From positions 30,001 through 62,000 of the forward strand of contig NC_000917.1 of NCBI RefSeq assembly GCF_000008665.1: 32,000 bases of DNA. The letters are read 5' to 3'. The notes under the pieces are model-generated. The model was not told where the DNA came from. It saw nothing but the letters and a program-made list of their open reading frames with translations, and ran no database searches. A program made the translations under genes and the position numbers. Shown in pieces: positions 29,291 through 32,000 of the stretch. The stretch comes from Archaeoglobus fulgidus DSM 4304. GTDB lineage: Archaea > Halobacteriota > Archaeoglobi > Archaeoglobales > Archaeoglobaceae. Positions within the stretch are counted from its first letter, which is position 1. The number at the start of each line of letters is the position of its first letter.

Positions 29291-29767
29291 ATGGCAGTAT
29301 CAATCGAGGAGTTCTCGCGCATAATAATCGCAACTCTGGACCTCAATTTTCAGATACTGGAGAACTTCTTCACGCTGCTGGTAGTTTCAGCAACAAACTC
29401 CTCCCTCGTTTCTCAGGGAGCAAATCTCAACTTTTCCAACGTTTGGGGGCTGATTTACGGTGGGCTTGTGTCGAACTACTGGAACAGCTTCGCCATACAC
29501 GAAGTTTTAAACGCGACGCAGCACAACGTTTCAGCGATGAAAAACTTCTCTATTGCGATCAACTACCTCGGGAGCAACGCCACAACCGTGTTTGGCGATG
29601 CAGAGGGGACGAAGGGTGTGACGTACCTCCAAAAAGGAATTTACGATTACCTCAAGAGCAACCCGCAGGAAGCGGAGAACCTCGCAAGCAGCCTATCGAG
29701 GATGTTCAAGGCTGAGGTGGAGTTCCTGATAAAGCTCATGGGGGCTGTGAACACGACCTTCACGTGA
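29291..29767 (+). CDS. Hypothetical protein, mostly helical, 158 aa
   Basis: Clean ORF; AT-rich upstream element aaagatttattaaa at about 29258-29275 could act as TATA. No recognised motif. Confidence 0.7.
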   Translation: MAVSIEEFSRIIIATLDLNFQILENFFTLLVVSATNSSLVSQGANLNFSNVWGLIYGGLVSNYWNSFAIHEVLNATQHNVSAMKNFSIAINYLGSNATTVFGDAEGTKGVTYLQKGIYDYLKSNPQEAENLASSLSRMFKAEVEFLIKLMGAVNTTFT

Positions 29768-30775
29768 CGTAGAAGGGGACGGGAGTAAAGCAGAGAAGAG
29801 CCAGAATGAAGGCGATAACACCGACTGCGTATCTTTTCAGGTCAAGCGGAGTTTCATCGTCAGCAGGCTTTGGGTGTCTTTGCATGGAGAAGAAGAGGGA
29901 GATAAACCCCCAGAAAAACCAGATTGTGTTTGGCTGGTTGAGCTGCATCATGAGAAAGAATCCGTAGGCAAACAGCAAAAAGGGAACAACTCTTGAAATT
30001 TTCTCGCTCGCCTCTCCAAGCATGGCCCTCAGCACATGACCGCCATCAAGCTGACCGACGGGAATCATGTTCAGGAACGTGACGAAGAACCCGACCCATC
30101 CGGCGAAGGCTACCGGATGGATGGCCTCTTTTTGGTAATTTGTTAGGTAGAGGATTGCATCGAAAATCGGCGGTGTGCCTATGTATATTGTCGGCTCGCT
30201 GGTGAGCTCGAACGGAAGCTGAAGACCGATCAAAACGACAATTACCGACGCAATAATCCCGGTGATAGGCCCGCTCACGCCGACATCAAAGAGCGCCTTT
30301 CTGCTTGGAATTACGCCCCTATGTCTGATCACAGCCCCAAGCGTTCCGATGATAGTTGGAAAGGGGATGAAGTACGGAAGTGAGGTCTTCATTTTCCACC
30401 TTCTTGCCGCGAAATAATGCCCCATCTCGTGGCTGCCGAGGACGAACATTATGGCGAGGGAGAACATCAAACCGCCTGCGAGGTTTATCTTCTCACCGTA
30501 GAAGGTTGAACCAACGGCTGTGGTGGTAATGAGGGTTGCATGAAGAGGATTATGTTGGTCAGGTAGCTCTCCTTCCTCTCAATCTCCTTCAGCTCAAGGA
30601 CCATCTCACCGTATTGATACCTCAGCCCCACCTCGTAGCTCTGAGAGAGAAGGTGAAGCAGCTTCCTGATTTCGCTTTCAGGCGAAAGGGGAACTACGTA
30701 GAATCTGACAGTCTTACCGATTTTCTCCTCGCCGTATATTCTGAAGTGCTTCTCTATCTCCTCTCTCACATTCAT
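29760..30775 (-). pseudogene. Site-2-type zinc metalloprotease (M50), apparently frameshifted near 30540
   Basis: Downstream frame: MMFSLAIMFVLGSHEMGHYFAARRWKMKTSLPYFIPFP...NMIPVGQLDGGHVLRAML (HEMGH and LDG motifs). Upstream frame (30485-30775): MNVREEIEKHF...ESYLTNIILFM. The open frame between them reads ATLITTTAVGSTFYGEKINLAGGL. Confidence 0.85.
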
Positions 30776-31170
30776 TCTATCAGCTCTACATACCCCTCAT
30801 CCGCGTTAACAACTACACGGTCTCCTGTCTTCACCGCCTCAAAGAACTTCTCGTCTCTAACCTCCACAAGAGGTATCTCGGCCATAGCAGCACCCACGGC
30901 AATTATAGTCTCGGTTTTTTTGTTTATGATTGCTTTGGGAGCCACACCATTCTTCCTGAGGTTGAGCAAAACGTAGGAGCCAACGGTTGAGCCCTTCCCA
31001 CCGGGAAAAACGAGTATTCTTCCCGCGACACTTTCGCCTTTTATCTCGCAGTCCTCTTTCACAATGCCCGTTTCCTTGTCAATACCACCCAGAAAAGAGA
31101 TGTATTCCTTTGTTACCAAAGCCTCTCCTTCGGCCCTACCCCTGGTTATCGCTCTGCAGGCGAACTTCAC
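30772..31170 (-). CDS. Phosphomevalonate dehydratase small subunit (aconitase-X swivel domain, DUF126)
   Basis: CRAITRGRAEGEALVTKEYISFLGGIDKETGIVKEDCEIKGESVAGRILVFPGGKGSTVGSYVLLNLRKNGVAPKAIINKKTETIIAVGAAMAEIPLV. Confidence 0.88.
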   Translation of the reverse strand: MKFACRAITRGRAEGEALVTKEYISFLGGIDKETGIVKEDCEIKGESVAGRILVFPGGKGSTVGSYVLLNLRKNGVAPKAIINKKTETIIAVGAAMAEIPLVEVRDEKFFEAVKTGDRVVVNADEGYVELIE

Positions 31171-31190
31171 AAGTAAAATAGATTAATGTG

Positions 31191-31331
31191 TTATATGGCT
31201 TTTACCCTCTTCTTCTTTGCGAGGGGGCGGGGCTTTATGAGTATCCTTCCTCCGCAGTTCGTGCACTGAACGAGGCTTTTTTCAGTGTCTATATCTACTT
31301 CAGCCCCACATATGAGGCACACGTAGGACAT
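31191..31331 (-). CDS. rpoP: DNA-directed RNA polymerase subunit P (Rpo12), 46 aa; not in the supplied ORF track
   Basis: Manual translation: MSYVCLICGAEVDIDTEKSLVQCTNCGGRILIKPRPLAKKKRVKAI*; two CxxC pairs and the GxRILxKPRP signature, directly downstream of L37Ae. Confidence 0.9.
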   Translation of the reverse strand: MSYVCLICGAEVDIDTEKSLVQCTNCGGRILIKPRPLAKKKRVKAI

Positions 31332-31334
31332 TTT

Positions 31335-31586
31335 TTACCCCACTGACTTCTCAACAATTTTGCCTCCAGGCGTTACCGGCTGGTAGCATCCTCCAGCGAA
31401 CTTGTATCCGCAGTGCCTGCACTCCCAGATTCCCGTTCCTGATCTTTTCACTGCCTTCTTGCCGCATTTTTTGCAGACATACTTCTGCCTCTGAACCGCC
31501 TCGATTTCCAGCCAAGTTCTTCTGACTCTGAGGCCATATCTTGGTCCGAACCTGCCTGCTGACCTCACTTTCTTCGTTCTGCCCAT
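31335..31586 (-). CDS. rpl37ae: 50S ribosomal protein L37Ae
   Basis: MGRTKKVRSAGRFGPRYGLRVRRTWLEIEAVQRQKYVCKKCGKKAVKRSGTGIWECRHCGYKFAGGCYQP; zinc-ribbon CxxC-x14-CxxC. Confidence 0.96.
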   Translation of the reverse strand: MGRTKKVRSAGRFGPRYGLRVRRTWLEIEAVQRQKYVCKKCGKKAVKRSGTGIWECRHCGYKFAGGCYQPVTPGGKIVEKSVG

Positions 31587-31624
31587 GCGATTAACGTGGT
31601 CTTATTGCATTTAAACGTTTTCCA

Positions 31625-31996
31625 CTAAAAGGAAAGGTAGGTTTTCTGATGCCTCAGGTACTCCCCCCTGTCAACCAGGTTCTCCACAAACACCTTATCT
31701 TCGGGAAGATTGCTCAGCTCGTCAGATGAATGCCTGCTTCTCCCTATTCCAAGAACGTCGTCGAATCTGTTGCAAACGAAAACAATTGAGTTTTCCCCGA
31801 ATTCAGAGGCTCTCTCAACTGAACCTGCGAAAATGTCCCTGCCGTAGAGGAACAGCATCTCCCCCCGTTCATTCACCCACACTCTGTTCCTGCTGTTTCT
31901 CAGAAGCCAGAACGTACCTTCAAGGGAGAACCTGAACCTTCTCCCCACCTCCCCAATTTTGACTCCTGCGTAGTGCGGATTAAGCTCTCCAATCAC
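31625..31996 (-). CDS. Small pre-PUA/PUA-like RNA-binding protein
   Basis: MIGELNPHYAGVKIGEVGRRFRFSLEGTFWLLRNSRNRVWVNERGEMLFLYGRDIFAGSVERASEFGENSIVFVCNRFDDVLGIGRS resembles the N-terminal region of archaeal PUA-domain ribosome-biogenesis proteins (tentative). Confidence 0.5.
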   Translation of the reverse strand: MIGELNPHYAGVKIGEVGRRFRFSLEGTFWLLRNSRNRVWVNERGEMLFLYGRDIFAGSVERASEFGENSIVFVCNRFDDVLGIGRSRHSSDELSNLPEDKVFVENLVDRGEYLRHQKTYLSF

Positions 31997-32000
31997 GCCG

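Overview
This 32 kb window is archaeal, and protein content and gene style fit Archaeoglobus fulgidus or a very close relative (inferred from recognised proteins, not from a database search). It has three parts. (1) ~1-8.35 kb is housekeeping/metabolic: a TrmB-like regulator, a GYD-domain protein, Sep-tRNA:Cys-tRNA synthase, an Mth938-like protein, a Trm10-like SPOUT methyltransferase, an HD protein, an HMG-CoA-synthase-like protein fused to DUF35, a thiolase and mannose-6-phosphate isomerase. (2) ~8.7-24.26 kb is a cell-surface glycan island. It starts with pcm and cobS, then has a GT4, a polytopic GT2, an AglB-type oligosaccharyltransferase, a Wzt/Wzm-like ABC exporter, a second GT4, a GDP-mannose-4,6-dehydratase-like gene broken by an in-frame TAG, a 1213-aa protein with three glycosyltransferase domains, and a coiled-coil/methyltransferase protein. 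It ends in small coiled-coil ORFs and remnants. (3) ~24.26-32 kb holds a C25/gingipain-like protease with an abruptly truncated C-terminus, a LarA-like protein, archaeal SAM synthetase, an M20 peptidase, an M50 site-2 protease that appears frameshifted, the phosphomevalonate dehydratase small subunit, rpoP (absent from the ORF track), L37Ae and a PUA-type protein. The main leads are the ABC-export + OST + coiled-coil-methyltransferase glycan locus, the rearrangement scar at ~24.26 kb, three independent apparent gene disruptions (A8 tract at 26-33, TAG at 17481, frameshift at ~30540), an HMG-CoA-synthase fold that appears to lack its catalytic residues, and an ORF missing from the track with a dockerin-like EF-hand motif and no canonical start.
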